Of a stretch of 64,000 nucleotides of DNA, positions 25,590 to 37,752 are shown in pieces. The DNA lies in the NCBI GenBank assembly GCA_013265495.1, contig MU058844.1, positions 7,625,260 through 7,689,259 of the forward strand, given 5' to 3'. This DNA is from Vicugna vicugna. Lineage: Eukaryota. The notes under the pieces were generated by a model, which saw only the letters and a list, made by a program, of their open reading frames with translations, was not told the origin of the DNA and searched no databases. The first letter of the stretch is position 1, and each line of letters begins with the position of its first letter. A program made the translations under genes and the position numbers.

Positions 25590-27830
25590 CAGCCCTCTAA
25601 ACACCACTTCCCATCCTTCCAGCTCACTTACTCTAATCACCAGTCCCACTCCAGTAACTCTGCAACTCACTGAGACCACAAAACCATTCTATCACTTTTT
25701 CATTGGCAACCAGCCCCTCATTTTCTCATTTTTTAAATGTCCAGTTTAGAATTCCCAGTCCACAACTCTCCTCTATTCTTTGAGTAAAGCTTGAGTTTCT
25801 GTACTTACTCCCTCATGTGTACCTACCTGAAGAAAAGCAAAAACCCTCCAACCTAATTAAGCCCCACTATCTCTCCAGACCACGCCTGTCCCCAGGCTGC
25901 TCGCCATGACTGTAGGAGCACCCACAGCCATGTGAGCAAGTCCTACTTTACATCTGGGGCCACTGACCTGTATTGGAACTTCAGCAAGCACTGCTCCGTG
26001 ATTCTAATCCATACCCCCAGTGAGCTCACTCTCCCAGTCACAAAGATTATTTCACACCACCTTGGATCTCCTCAAATTTTCAGCACCCACTTCTCCTTCC
26101 CATTCCCTGTTGATAACCACATTATTAGGTCACTGAACCCACTGAAGCAACCAAAATAGAACTTCTCCTCTTCCCATCTCATCTGCCATCATGCTTAGGT
26201 CCGTATCCTCAAGTTTCTCTCTGTGACAATGGATGAAAAGTCTCTACATCTACCTAAAGTCACCCCATTCAGTTACATGCATTTCATCCTTGTCTCCAGC
26301 TCAGGGACTTTGTTCCTTCAGTTATCACTTCTCTTTCAAATATAAATTACATTTCTTTTTCTGAGTATTGGACTGTTTCTATTTACATACAATCATTCTA
26401 TAATAGCTTCCACTAAAGAAAAAAAGAAAACTATACCGTGTGTGCCCATTTAGTTGCTGCCCAAATTCTGTTGGCATTTTGGCAAAATTCCTCAAAGGGT
26501 TTGTGTTTGCTGCCTCCATTTGATCTCTTAGGGCTCTGATCACAACCATTCCAGTGAAATTGTTTTACTCAAGGCTCATGACAGCCTCCATGTTGATAAG
26601 CTCTATGGTTGTATGGTCTACATTGAGTTTTAATTTTACTCATCTTCTCAGCATTATTTGACTAGACATCTCCTCATTTTTGAAACATTTTCTTCTCTTT
26701 AATTCCAATACCCTACATACCCCTACTTTTTATTTTACTATTTCTTTTCAAACTCATTCTCTGCATTTTCTTCCTCTTCCTGACTTAAGGAAGCTTGACC
26801 TGGAGCTCAACCTTTGTCTCTCCCGTTTTCTCTATCCACCCCTGCTTCCTTGGTAAAGCCATCCAATCTTAAGGCTTTGGAAACCATCTATATATTTTGA
26901 TAACTTCTAAGTTTATATCCTCATCTTAAAATGTCCCCCACTGTTTCCTGACTGTTTATCTAACTGCCCAATCTCTTTCCTTACTTGGATCTTTAATAGA
27001 CATCTCACATTTAATGTTTCTAAAATATAAATTTAATTATTTCTGTCCCTTCAAACCTGGCACCACCAGCTGCTCTGGCCAAAACTTTGGAGGATTCTAT
27101 TTTTTTTTTTCTAACATTCAAAATCCAAATCCTAAATCCTAAGCAATTACATTGTGCTCAACCTTTAGAATATATCTGAACCTTACTACTTTTCTTCACC
27201 TCTATTTCTAACCCCTTATTCTAAGGTATTAACCTCCACAGTAGCTGGAGTGATTTTAATTTTTCAAAAATTTGATTATGAACATATCATATAAAAACTC
27301 TGAATCGTTTCCCCTCTGGTTCACCACAGGAACCTATCATCAAGGTCTCGTAGATTCTCCAAGATCTGTCTTACCTGTCCCTTCAACACCATCTCCTACT
27401 GCTCCTCCCCTGTTTTGTGAACTCAACATATTCATATTTATTATTTCCTCTTCCTTTAATTCTTTTCTCTGTGTATTGGGAGAATGTGTTCATTCACTTT
27501 ATTCAGATCTTCTGTCAAATTTAGCCCCCCAGAGAATTCTTTCATGAACACCCTTTCACCCTCTACTTTTAATCTGCTTTAGTTTTCTTCGTAACACTTA
27601 TCTCCAAGAAACAGTATAATAGTGTGTATATGTATATATATATACACACACATACATACATATATATACACATACCCCCCCACACATATATATATGTGTA
27701 TCTGCTTATTTACTGACTGTCCCCACCAAAAGACTATAAACTCAAGGACATACTCTGTCCTGCAAATCCCTCTATCCCTAACACAGCAGTTGGCACACAG
27801 TGAGAACATAATAATTGTGTGTTGAATGAA
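25590..27830 (+). mobile_element. Long LINE-2 fragment (about 2.2 kb)
   Basis: Pyrimidine-rich RT-region remnants, ctcagcattatttgac, aatagacatctcacatttaatg, and 3' tail tggcacacagtg...tgttgaatgaa. Confidence 0.85.
27622..27700. repeat. Compound (TA)n/(CA)n microsatellite
   Basis: gtgtgtatatgtatatatatatacacacacatacatacatatatataca. Confidence 0.9.
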
Positions 27831-28127
27831 CACAAGGTGATAAAACAAATGAATTTAGGTAAGTCAAAGACAAATGTCAATAATTCAAGCTTCTCATTCT
27901 GTTGCAGATTCTATCACCTATTCTCATGTGTCATAAATAGCGCATTCTTGGTGGCTTGAGTTAAGTTGAAAATTCTTAAGTATTTTTATTATTAACTATG
28001 AATTTCAAATACAGGAGTTGTAGAGAATTTCTTTAGTCTCACTACTTTGGCATGACGTTCAAAGATGAATCCCATTCAAGTATATAATCACATTCATCCT
28101 AGGGTCTCACCTGCCTTTGTTCTAGAA

Positions 28128-28350
28128 TAGTATTTCACTGTGGCTTTAAGTTAAACTGCTTGGCTTCCTATCCAGACTTCCCGCATTATTAGTTGTGTGA
28201 CCTCAAACAGACGATTTAACCTCTCTGTGTCTCTGTTTCTTCATCTGTATAACAGAGGCAATTCCCATAATACAAGTAAGAGACAGAATGCGTGTAAGGA
28301 ACCTACCTACAGTGCCTGGTTCCCAACTTGCACTCAAAAAGTGTCAGGTG
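28128..28350 (+). mobile_element. MIR SINE
   Basis: tagttgtgtgacctc...ttaacctctctgtgtctctgtttcttcatctgtataa. Confidence 0.85.
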
Positions 28351-28918
28351 TCACTACACGTAAACTTCAGGAAGTCCTGACTGCTTTGGCCCTGACTTAA
28401 CAAAAGGTAAAATATCTGGGGATGCTGACTTCCTTCTTGTTATTAATTATTTTGTGAACGTATCTGGTAGGCAAAGATTGAAAAAAATCAGGAGTTCTAG
28501 GATTAGAACTTGCCAGTGTTACCTGGTTATGACATTAGGTCCTGAATATCTGATCCTCAGAGTCTGAGTTCTGCTTACCTTTCTAGACTTTGGAGATCTT
28601 CAGTTTGTCTCCCAGGACTTGCCTACTTTCCTTTAGCTCCTAACTACTTACCTGACAGACATCACTGCCTACCATTTGCCAGATCTTTGTACTTCTTAAA
28701 TCTAGCACCTTTATCTCTCTGCCACAAACTGTGTAAATTATATTTCTGGCTATGTTTCATATTACAAGTTTGTGTATTTATTCTGATAGGTTAATATGAC
28801 ATACTTCTTAGCATAAATTTATATTATGCTCTTTGGAAAATTTAGTCAGAGATAGAATAATATCTAAATTCAAATGAATGTCAGCATCTATATTAATTTG
28901 TTCCTTCATCTACTTTAC

Positions 28919-28958
28919 CCTTAGTTTTCAGAGGATGTTTTTCCTCCTTTACATGTCT
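28919..28958 (-). pseudogene. Candidate exon RHVKEEKHPLKTK
   Basis: ccttcgtttcag acceptor, gtaaag donor; 40 nt. Confidence 0.45.
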
Positions 28959-31379
28959 CTGAAACGAAGGCTTTTTATTGAATACAGTGAATAATGTGCA
29001 TGATTAAATCAAGAGGATTTTGCTATTAACATGGATTTCATTTGTTTTTTCAAAAAACATTTTGTGAGGGCAGTTATTCTCAAGCAAGTAACTAGTTCCT
29101 CCTAAAATCTAGTATAAACTGTTATGTTGTACTATACTGCTTGATTTAAACTCTAAGCTAGAAGTAAAACAAATAAAATCGTTACAGGTTATTTACTAAA
29201 TTAAAAATGCAATCTCCCAAAATATATTTCTATTGCCACTCTTAAAGTTCAACAACCCTATCTTATTGGATAGATCTGAAACATTCAATCAGAACAAGGT
29301 AATAAAGGAGCAATAAATGGGCTGACTTCTTTTTTTTTTCCTGTTTAAGTGAGCATATTACTTAAAAAAATTTTTTTAAAGACTTTAGCTTCAGTGTATA
29401 CACTACCTACTCATGCTTGTCTCTAAATTTTAAATTGTTTACGTATTTATAAACTTGAAAGTGAAAAAAAAGTAGCGTAAGCTTTAAGAGCAAAAAGCAA
29501 GGATAAAAATCACCATATATTTACGCTAAGATTGAATAACTTCGTAGTGCTAAATTACAGTGTGAAAATGCAGGCACTTTGCACTTTAGCTGGGTTAACC
29601 AACAAGGTACAAGTAGACACCAGAAGTGAAGCTGAATGAATAGCAAAGACTCAAACAAATAATTAAGAAGAGTGAGGTGTTGTAAGTCTCCCAAAATGAA
29701 CTGAAGCACTGAAGGCCATGCTAACTACATGCTAAATACATATAAGTCAACGGTGTGATTCCGCTATTAAAGCTTATGAGTTACTGAAGTGCTTCTGTAA
29801 TAAAACAGCAGCGCAGATGGAACGTGAAGCCTTCTAAATTACCCAAGCAAAGAAGCACAAAGGTTAGGAAGGACTCAGGGGGAAGATCTAGAATAAGAGC
29901 TTGAAACACTAGGAAGGCGTCATAGTGCATCGGAGAAGAGCTGTCCGCAGCGTCGACTGCAGGTGAACAAGATGGAGGGTTCGGGGGGGCACAAGGTACT
30001 CAGTCATACAGTGAAATATTTTGACAATAAGGATAGTTAAACATGAGGCCAACTTTTAAGGTGTGGAGTCTTTTACCAAGAGAGATTTTGGTCCAGACCA
30101 GGTCCTCATAGATGACAAAGCTGGAACACAGGTCTTTCAAAAATGCTAAAATGTTGACCAGACTGCTGTGACTATCTCCCAAACATGATTATTAAAAGAC
30201 AAATCAGACACTTTACTTGGCATTTAATAAAAACTGTTTTGCCTGGTAGCTTTTTTACATTATACTTGGCTGTTCTTAATGAGTTTAGAATATGTTTGTA
30301 ATTAAAAAAACAAACAAAAAAACAAAACTTGGAATTTAGAATCAGAAAGCCTGATTCTGAATTCCAGCTGAACCAGTGTTTTGTTTCACTCACCATGGCC
30401 CCAGTAAAAAGGTTGTTTGTTAGTGAGAAGAACCCAGACATGCCCACCTATATTAAGGAGAGAGAGAGACATGTACACCAGGAAGCCACAGCCGTTACCA
30501 ATAATTAAAAAGTAAATGTACATAAATGTAAACATTTTTTAAAAAGGCTCCCAGCCTCTGTGACATGCAAATTGACAGGAAGGACACAAAGTCTTCTATA
30601 TAAACCACAAATAATGTGTCATCATTTTATTAATGTGCTTTCAGTAAACACATAAGAATACTAAAAATTTAAACACGATTATTAATAATGGATCAAATTC
30701 AAAAGCAGATCTCCCAGCCCAGAAAATCATAGTTGTGAGATTCAGAAGAGAAAAAGCAGAATTCAGAAGAGTAATCTCCATCATACTAGAAGAGGGACCA
30801 GTCCCTTAGTTCCAAGGGTAATAATTGTAAGTACTTTCCAGGGGAGAGGAAACTAACACTTGATAACAGAAAACGAGTCTAGAGATGCACAGTTGTTTAT
30901 CATTATGCTTGAGTAGAAAACATGCTTATTTCTCATTCCCTAATGGGTTCAGTCATCACCAACAAATCTTTTTGTCATCTTCAATAAATCCTAAATCTAA
31001 AGTGTTAAAAAAACAAACACTCTCCAGGTTTTGCTATCCAAATCTCCATGAGTTAGATTACCTGTTCCCAAATACATCAGTCTGAAGTAAAAATAATAAC
31101 AACAACAACAATAATAATTAAAGGTAAATATTCTTTGAGACCATCTGAAGGAGACAATTTTGTTTGGATGATCCACAAATGACAAAATTAAGATCAGTAG
31201 TTCCTATATTTGGTAAGTGTCTGAAGAGTTTAGAAAGCTTAATGTAAAAAATACCTGCTTTCAGTATTTAGTACCAGAAATTAAAAAAACCCAAAAAGGA
31301 AACAGCACAGTATTTTTTTTCATTTCCATGTAGTATTAACTGTAAACCATACACATGACATGACGTTTACACGCACACT

Positions 31380-31590
31380 CTCCAGAATCAGCCAGACCAG
31401 AGGTCAGCTTCCGGCACTTCCATTTACTGATCATTTTACCTCTAGTAAGTTAATCTCTACAAGCTGCAGATTCTTCAGGAGAACAATATGGATACTAATA
31501 CCCACATCATGAGACTGTAGATATCACACATCAATATAATCCATGTAAATGGCGTAGCACGGGACCCAGCACGCAGTGGCAACTGCTGCC
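31380..31590 (+). mobile_element. MIR SINE
   Basis: cttccatttact...aagttaatctct...ccatgtaaatggcgtagcacgggacccagcacgcagt. Confidence 0.7.
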
Positions 31591-31857
31591 AATGTTGTCG
31601 AAGTGCTTTTACAAGTATTATCTGAAACTACTCTAACCTCCAGAGGAGGCCGTGCTCGGCGAGACACAGTGCAGTGTTGCCCACAGCGTGGGGCCAGCAC
31701 CCAGTGGCGGCACACCAGTTGATTTCAGGTGGACCACAGGCCTGGTCTTAACACTGAATCACACAGTAAGAAAATCGTCCTTTTTCAAAGCCTCTGATTA
31801 CATTATAAAAGGTCTTAGTTGATGTCAGTATGTCTTCAGCCTCTTTCGATGACTTAC

Positions 31858-31917
31858 TAATCTCCCTTTATAACAAAGATCAAACTTCAGGCTCAGATCC
31901 TTCGCCAGATTCTCTCG
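31858..31917 (-). pseudogene. Candidate exon RENLAKDLSLKFDLCYKGRL
   Basis: cattaaattccag acceptor, gtaagt donor; 60 nt, phase 0 to 0, open; L-x2-K-F-D-x4-G-R-L EF-hand loop. Confidence 0.6.
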
Positions 31918-32189
31918 CTGGAATTTAATGATATTTAGTTTGGGTTTTGTTCCGTGCATGTGCTCTCCAGACACCTCCCACTTACGGCCAGTGTTACTGA
32001 TTATCCATCTGCAGTAACTATATATAATTTTACTTTATATAAATTTATTTAGGCTAAAAAAGAGTCAATTAAAATACATTTAGGATTATCATAGAATTCT
32101 TGGAACACAGACAAAAACCATGGTAATTTGCAGTGTCATTTGACTGAAGTTTGGGGGGATTAAAAAAAAAACCTGATACAGTTGGGGAG

Positions 32190-32410
32190 GGGGACGTGGT
32201 GAGGCAAAAACAACTACGTGAAATCTAAAATCTGGATTTTAGATGCAAATCCAAAACTTATTGAGAGCGCTATTCAGGTAGGCTCAGTGGCTTAGGCAAG
32301 AAGATATCTCATCTATTTGAGCATCAGTTTTTTTTACTTGTCAAATGTGGGTAATTCTATCTGAGCTGTTTTTCTCAGAGGGACATTATGAGAATCAAAT
32401 GAGGCTTAGT
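32190..32410 (+). mobile_element. MIR SINE
   Basis: ttaggcaag...tgagcatcagtttt...tgtcaaatgtggg...tgagaatcaaatgag. Confidence 0.65.
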
Positions 32411-32449
32411 CAATGTACTTCTTAGAAGCAAAATATCATACAACAGTAC

Positions 32450-32570
32450 CATCATTACTATTGCCCCATTTTCAGGAAAAGAGACACAAACACTTTAAGT
32501 GATTTGCCTAACTTGGCACTTCTAATAGTGGCAGACACGTGGACGTGATGTCCTGAATGTCTGATGACAG
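32450..32570 (-). mobile_element. MIR SINE fragment
   Basis: ccccattttcagg...ttaagtgatttgcctaa...tagtggcaga. Confidence 0.7.
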
Positions 32571-33378
32571 TTGCATTTTGTTCATACCACACCTGCTCTA
32601 GTATTAAGTAGTTCCCAAAGTTCGTAAGTTTCTGTTTACAGAAAGCATAGAGAAGTAAGCAGGGCATGTGAGGTCCTACAACGCCAAGTGAAATGATATT
32701 TAACTGAGTGGATATTCCTGCTCATAGCACACCTAGGAAAAGAAGTTACAAGCCTGTGAGCAGCAGCCGCTTATATACACTTAACAAAGTGGGATTGCCA
32801 TTCAAGCCTGCGCTGATCATCAATTAGACGCCCTTAGGGGTCCCATCACTGTGATGTCAACTCCTAGGCAGGGGTCATTTTCTAAAATCAAAGCCTGTAG
32901 TGAAAGCCACATGGAGGTAAAAATTATCCTGGGAAAAATTATCACCCACCACTTAACATACGTATTTTCTGTGTGTGCTCTTACAGAATAATTCTTCTAC
33001 ACTAAAATTTGAGAAAGTCTAAGATAGCATTAAAAAAAGAAGTAGTATAGCAGCTAGAAATTCAAATATATTTGATTTTTATATATTGGCCAGATTCCTA
33101 GTAGCAAATGAATGAGGTGTAAATTGATAACCATGAAATATCCCTGCTTGTTTCACTTTATTTTCAATGTTAAGCTTCTAAAATGTAATATATTCAATTA
33201 GTTTGTTATCATTTCATGAATTAGTGTGCTTACATATTGGAGGGTGGAGTGTGAAATGAAATGAATTCACGACAGAGGCTTTGCAATGATGCAGTCACAT
33301 CACTGAGTTACAAAGACACTTTGGGCGGAATATGGTGATTCCTCCGTCTATAGTTCGCCTGTTACCTAGACTTCTCAC

Positions 33379-33418
33379 CAGATGACTGAAACTTCTCTAG
33401 GAAATGTAAATTCTAAGC
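33379..33418 (-). pseudogene. Candidate 40-nt exon (LHFLEKFQSS in one frame)
   Basis: ctgtggtttcag acceptor, gtgaga donor. Confidence 0.4.
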
Positions 33419-33554
33419 CTGAAACCACAGTTGTCATTAACAGATAAAACAGAATTTTCCTCAAACACCCTCCCAATACATCAATACATCAATCAGAGAA
33501 CTTCGGAATCCAGACCCACTGGGAAGCTATGTATATAGAATCTGCCCTGGGTTA

Positions 33555-33650
33555 CATTAAAAAAATCTAAATCAAAGATCTAAAAGTCTTCTGAATTCTG
33601 AAACCCACCTGAGCCCAAAGATTTCAGGTAAGGAATGATGGACCCTTGTA
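33555..33650. mobile_element. MER46C/Tigger4-like terminus
   Basis: ctgaattctgaaacccacctgagcccaaagatttcaggtaaggaatgatggacccttgta. Confidence 0.6.
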
Positions 33651-33691
33651 ATTTTTTAAACTATACAACTGCATTTTTAAAATAGTGTTAA

Positions 33692-33765
33692 TATTAGATT
33701 GATGAAACTACTATTTGTGTAGATCAAAATAGTCCGGCACCAGCACTGGTATATGTTTCAACCTG
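33692..33765. mobile_element. MADE2-like mariner MITE
   Basis: tattagattga...tgtagatcaaaa...atatgtttcaacct; about 75 bp with degenerate TIRs. Confidence 0.6.
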
Positions 33766-33799
33766 CTTGTTCCTCATTCCTCATACTTTGAGTTATTGG

Positions 33800-34900
33800 T
33801 GTAACAGGATATAGAATATACGTGGTTCTGTATGTTTCAACGGAAGCTCCGACAATGAGTATGGCTTAGAGTCACCTTACCTCCCACCCAAAGGGAATTC
33901 AGAATAGAAATACAAGGGAACCTACTCCATGGTCCTTGGGACCCCTGATCCAGATCAGAGATATTTATTAAAGAGAACGGAGCCCTGCTGAGAAGTCTTC
34001 GGAAATCCCACTTCTAACTTGTGGCATAGTAAGAGGGGATGGGGCTTCAACCCCCTTCTACCTAGGAAAATTATTTTTGAAATATGTTTGCTGAAATTGT
34101 TGGATACAGAGAGGGCTGGCGCTTGATTCAATTCTAAGAAATCTAAACTAATGATAGGACCTGGCTCCCACCTATGACAGGCGCATTCCGTCTTTGTCTT
34201 TGCTTGGATGCTGAAGCCAGGAGAGTGCTCGGGTAGAAGGATCGGCCTGCCCTTCCGAGCGTGGTAGACCATGAGATCCAAAAACAGTGTTTCCTGCAGA
34301 CCGATGAACGCCGTAACAGGACAAGAGCAGGCAAGGAGCCATCTTGGGTCCTTCCCTATAAGGCTGTTTGGAGGGCCCAAAGGCCTCTGGAGAAAGAGGC
34401 CAGAGATATAGCAGCAGACGTGCAGGGGCTGAAGAAATCATCTAAGAGAACTTTGTCAATAGAGATGCTTCCTCCCCAGAAGAGAGGGGCCTGGGAGGGA
34501 CCCCAAAACATGTCCCATCTTACAGGCCACAGCGCTGGACGAAGTTTATCTCCTGGCTGTACTAGCTGAGAGCTGTGCTTGTGCTGGCCCCTGACCAAAC
34601 CTTCCCTCCCCTTATTGCGGTCAGAACAGCAAATGTTAGAAGAAGGAGAAACCTATCTCACTGTCCATCACTCTTGCCTTTTTCCTGATAATTTCTAGCC
34701 TGAAACAGAACCCTGGAACTGGGGTTGGGGGGCAATGGTAGAAGAAGAAAGGATTTAATATCTGCAAATTCAGTGTTTAATTATAGGCATTTAACATACT
34801 AATATTTGAGTAGAGATTATATGCACTTAAGGTCTAAGCAGAAAACTCAGATTTAATGGAGTTTTCATTCAGAAGAAGGGAAGATTAGTGCACTGGAAAA
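33800..34900 (+). mobile_element. Ancient LTR element (Gypsy-type/MamGypLTR-like)
   Basis: Starts tgtaacagg; about 1.1 kb GC-elevated block with LTR-like layout, which accounts for the stacked spurious ORFs at 33955-34598. Confidence 0.4.
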
Positions 34901-35115
34901 AGACTATGGGAATAGTAGAAGGCAGAAACAATTCATTACATGATGTCTTGATTACATCACAAGGTGTGTTTCTTAAGCATAGTAGTTTATATATACTAAA
35001 CAAGACATAAAATGAATTATAACCCTTTTGTGGACTAATAACATAAATATGTAGATACAATTTGATATTTTTCCTAAATAATATTTTCCTGTGCAGAAGA
35101 ACCAGAAGGACATAC

Positions 35116-35155
35116 AATGTAATTTCTGTGAATTCAAGAGAAACTCCCAGAAATA
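35116..35155 (-). pseudogene. Candidate exon YFWEFLLNSQKLH
   Basis: attttaatgcag acceptor, gtatgt donor; 40 nt; W-E-F-L exit-helix pattern. Confidence 0.45.
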
Positions 35156-35943
35156 CTGCATTAAAATTATTTTAAACATTGTGTTTATTAGGGATAGCAA
35201 TACATGCAATTAGAAATCTCAATCTCAATTTCATAAACTATCTTCAATATGAGATTATCATAAAATACTGGTCATGAATCAAATGCTTTATATATGTCTT
35301 CTGGAAGATTTAGTAAGACTTTGTATCATAAAATAAACACAAGGTAATTCAGACTGGAAGCTCCACTTCCTGTTAAGCTATAAACTTCTATGAGAAACAT
35401 AACCATATATTTCAAGCCCACAGCTTGAGGATTTTCATCTAATATTTATCTAAACTCAGAGCTACTGTTTATGTATATAATCTTCTCAAATAATGTCTCA
35501 CACTCATTAATTCACTCTACACATATTCTGAATACCAACTTACATTTCAGACATTACCAATGTATAGGTAAATAATAGTAAACTAGACCTAAATGTTCGC
35601 TGCCCTCAGGAAGCACGGCCCAATTAATAACAAATATGACACGTGTCACAAAACGGTAGGAAGCGTAAAAGTGCTTCAAGGATTAATGTGTAGTTCTATG
35701 GGGGAGTGAGGGAGCGTTAGACATCACTCATTTTTGTGCACAATTAGAAATGTGGTCACTGCAATAGATTTGCTTTGCTTTTAAAATGACAATCAAAACA
35801 TAATAACTGTGGTACCAATAAAAAATATATAATGCTTATAGGGGACTAAATGAATGATTTCAAGTCTATTGTTGGCCTTATTTTCAAACAATATTTTCAA
35901 AGATGACTCCGCTATATTTCAAAGCAAAAGTTCAAAAGAAATG

Positions 35944-36178
35944 CAATTGACCCTCGAAAAACATGGCTTGTAGAACTACACGAGTCCACTCAGAAGTGCG
36001 TCTTTTTCAATAGAACATACTGCAGTACCACACGACCCACAGCTGGCTGGTTCCATGGATGCGGAGCCACGGACACGGAACAGCTGAGTGTATGGGGGCC
36101 AGCTATACGTTAGACTCGGATTTTCGACTGCAGGGAGAGTCAGAGTCCCTAACTCTCAGCTTGTTCAAAGGTCAACTG
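35944..36178. mobile_element. Tigger2-derived MITE (MER8-like)
   Basis: TIRs caattgaccctcgaaaaac / ttgttcaaaggtcaactg followed by TA; 235 bp. Confidence 0.9.
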
Positions 36179-36697
36179 TATTTGATTTTTCCTTCTGTGT
36201 GGTGTCACAGGAATTTTACTGGGAGAAATGGACGCCTTTCTCTCACAACAGTTCACCCAGACTGTTATCCTAGTTGCTGAGCCAAATGTCCAGATGCTTC
36301 TGTGTGAGTTTTGTTTTGTTTTTTTCTTAAGCCTCCTAAACATATGACTATGATCAGCACAGCTTTTTCTGTCCATCTTAGTGACAGAGTCAGAAGAGAA
36401 ATAAAGAACTCAACGACCAAATATGCATCCACTGAAAATATCTCAAAGGAGGGCATATTTTTAAAAGGCACCCCAAAGCACATGGGAAGTTAATTTTGGA
36501 TTTGAAAATACAACTTCAGAAAAGCAATATTGTTTATTTGGAAGAAAAATGGAAGGAAAAAGAACAATGGGTCTAGGTGTAGAGCAAAACAATCTACTAT
36601 AAAAATAGGCATCAAAGGAAAAAGTAAAAATATGCCATGTGGAAAGACATATTTCCCCAATGTGTTATGAAAAGCAACAAATTCTACTAAATCATAC

Positions 36698-36741
36698 TGA
36701 GGAAGAGACACTTCGTCATAATGATTTTCTACAGATGTCAT
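36698..36741 (-). pseudogene. Candidate exon MTSVENHYDEVSLP
   Basis: ggcctgccacag acceptor, gtatga donor; 44 nt, open from phase 0. Confidence 0.45.
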
Positions 36742-37082
36742 CTGTGGCAGGCCACTAATTTATGTTTAGAGAAATAAATAAGAATAGGTTTTAGTTGAAA
36801 AATTTTTAGGTTTGGTGCTTAAGCTTTCTTGGAAGGATCACTGGCTCTTCTGTGTGCATAAAGGATACTTGGAAACACATATTCAAAGGAATCTTATTTG
36901 TGATATAAAAGCAGTAATGATCTACAAAAAAGGGCTTGCATCACTATCGTAATAAAAACAATCGTTGGTCCCTCTTCTCATCCTCTCTCACAGTCCCCAC
37001 ACCCAGTGGTTATTCATTTTCCTGTTCTGTTAGTGGTGTCACTATTTCCCCGCCTTTCAGCATTGAAAGCGGCTGTTAACAT

Positions 37083-37235
37083 CAGGCTTGGAATTAGACA
37101 ATCAGCTGAGGCCCAGCTCTGCCACCAGCTGTTTAACCTTGAGCCAAATACTTAACCCCACTCAGCCCCAGTTCTTTTCTCTACACAATAGGGATCACAG
37201 TGTCTTCCTCTCTCTGTTTCTGTAAAGGTCACAAG
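37083..37235 (+). mobile_element. MIR SINE
   Basis: cccagctctgccaccagctgtttaaccttgagc...cttaacccc. Confidence 0.8.
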
Positions 37236-37702
37236 GATACATGCAGCCCTCAGAGTCAGCATCCATCACGTGAGCTGGCACCATCAGCACCAGGATCCCA
37301 CCCCAGCTCAGCCTCACTCTGATGTCTTGGTCTTCTTCTTTCTTATCCATCTTCACCGCCCCTGAGCCTGCTGACCCCCACTTCCTAACGTCTCTAACTC
37401 CATTTCCTAGCATTCTACGTTCTTGGTTGCAAACCCACGTTCTACTGTCCTCATAAACAAAACCAGAACAAAAAGAACAGTCCTCCTTTGTACACCCACT
37501 TTCTGCTCTCCATACCGCCTGCCCCGCCTACCCAAACGTGACACCCAGCTGCATGAAATCACAGGCTAGTGGGCTCCCCAGCCCTAAATGTTCTCAGATG
37601 GGGAAGCCCGGAAATTACTACCCACTCTATCTGGTAAGCAGAACCTCATTCCTTCTGAACAGGATTACTCTCCTACCTAAGGCATTTAACCTCTGTCAGT
37701 AC

Positions 37703-37752
37703 CTTCCATCAGGGGTTCAGCTGACCTTCCCACATGGAAACATGAGTGCTCA
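37703..37752 (-). pseudogene. Candidate exon EHSCF/MWEGQLNP*WK (frameshifted linker)
   Basis: gttctcttctttacag acceptor, gtactg donor; 50 nt; C-F-x-M-x-E-x-Q-L-x3-W across two frames. Confidence 0.5.

Noticed and set aside
31540..31740. Local CpG enrichment (also 29930-29990)
   Set aside because: Too short and weak for a CpG island; partly MIR-derived.
33955..34598. Five overlapping ORFs on both strands
   Set aside because: They lie in a GC-elevated LTR-like block where stops are rarer; no gag or pol motifs.
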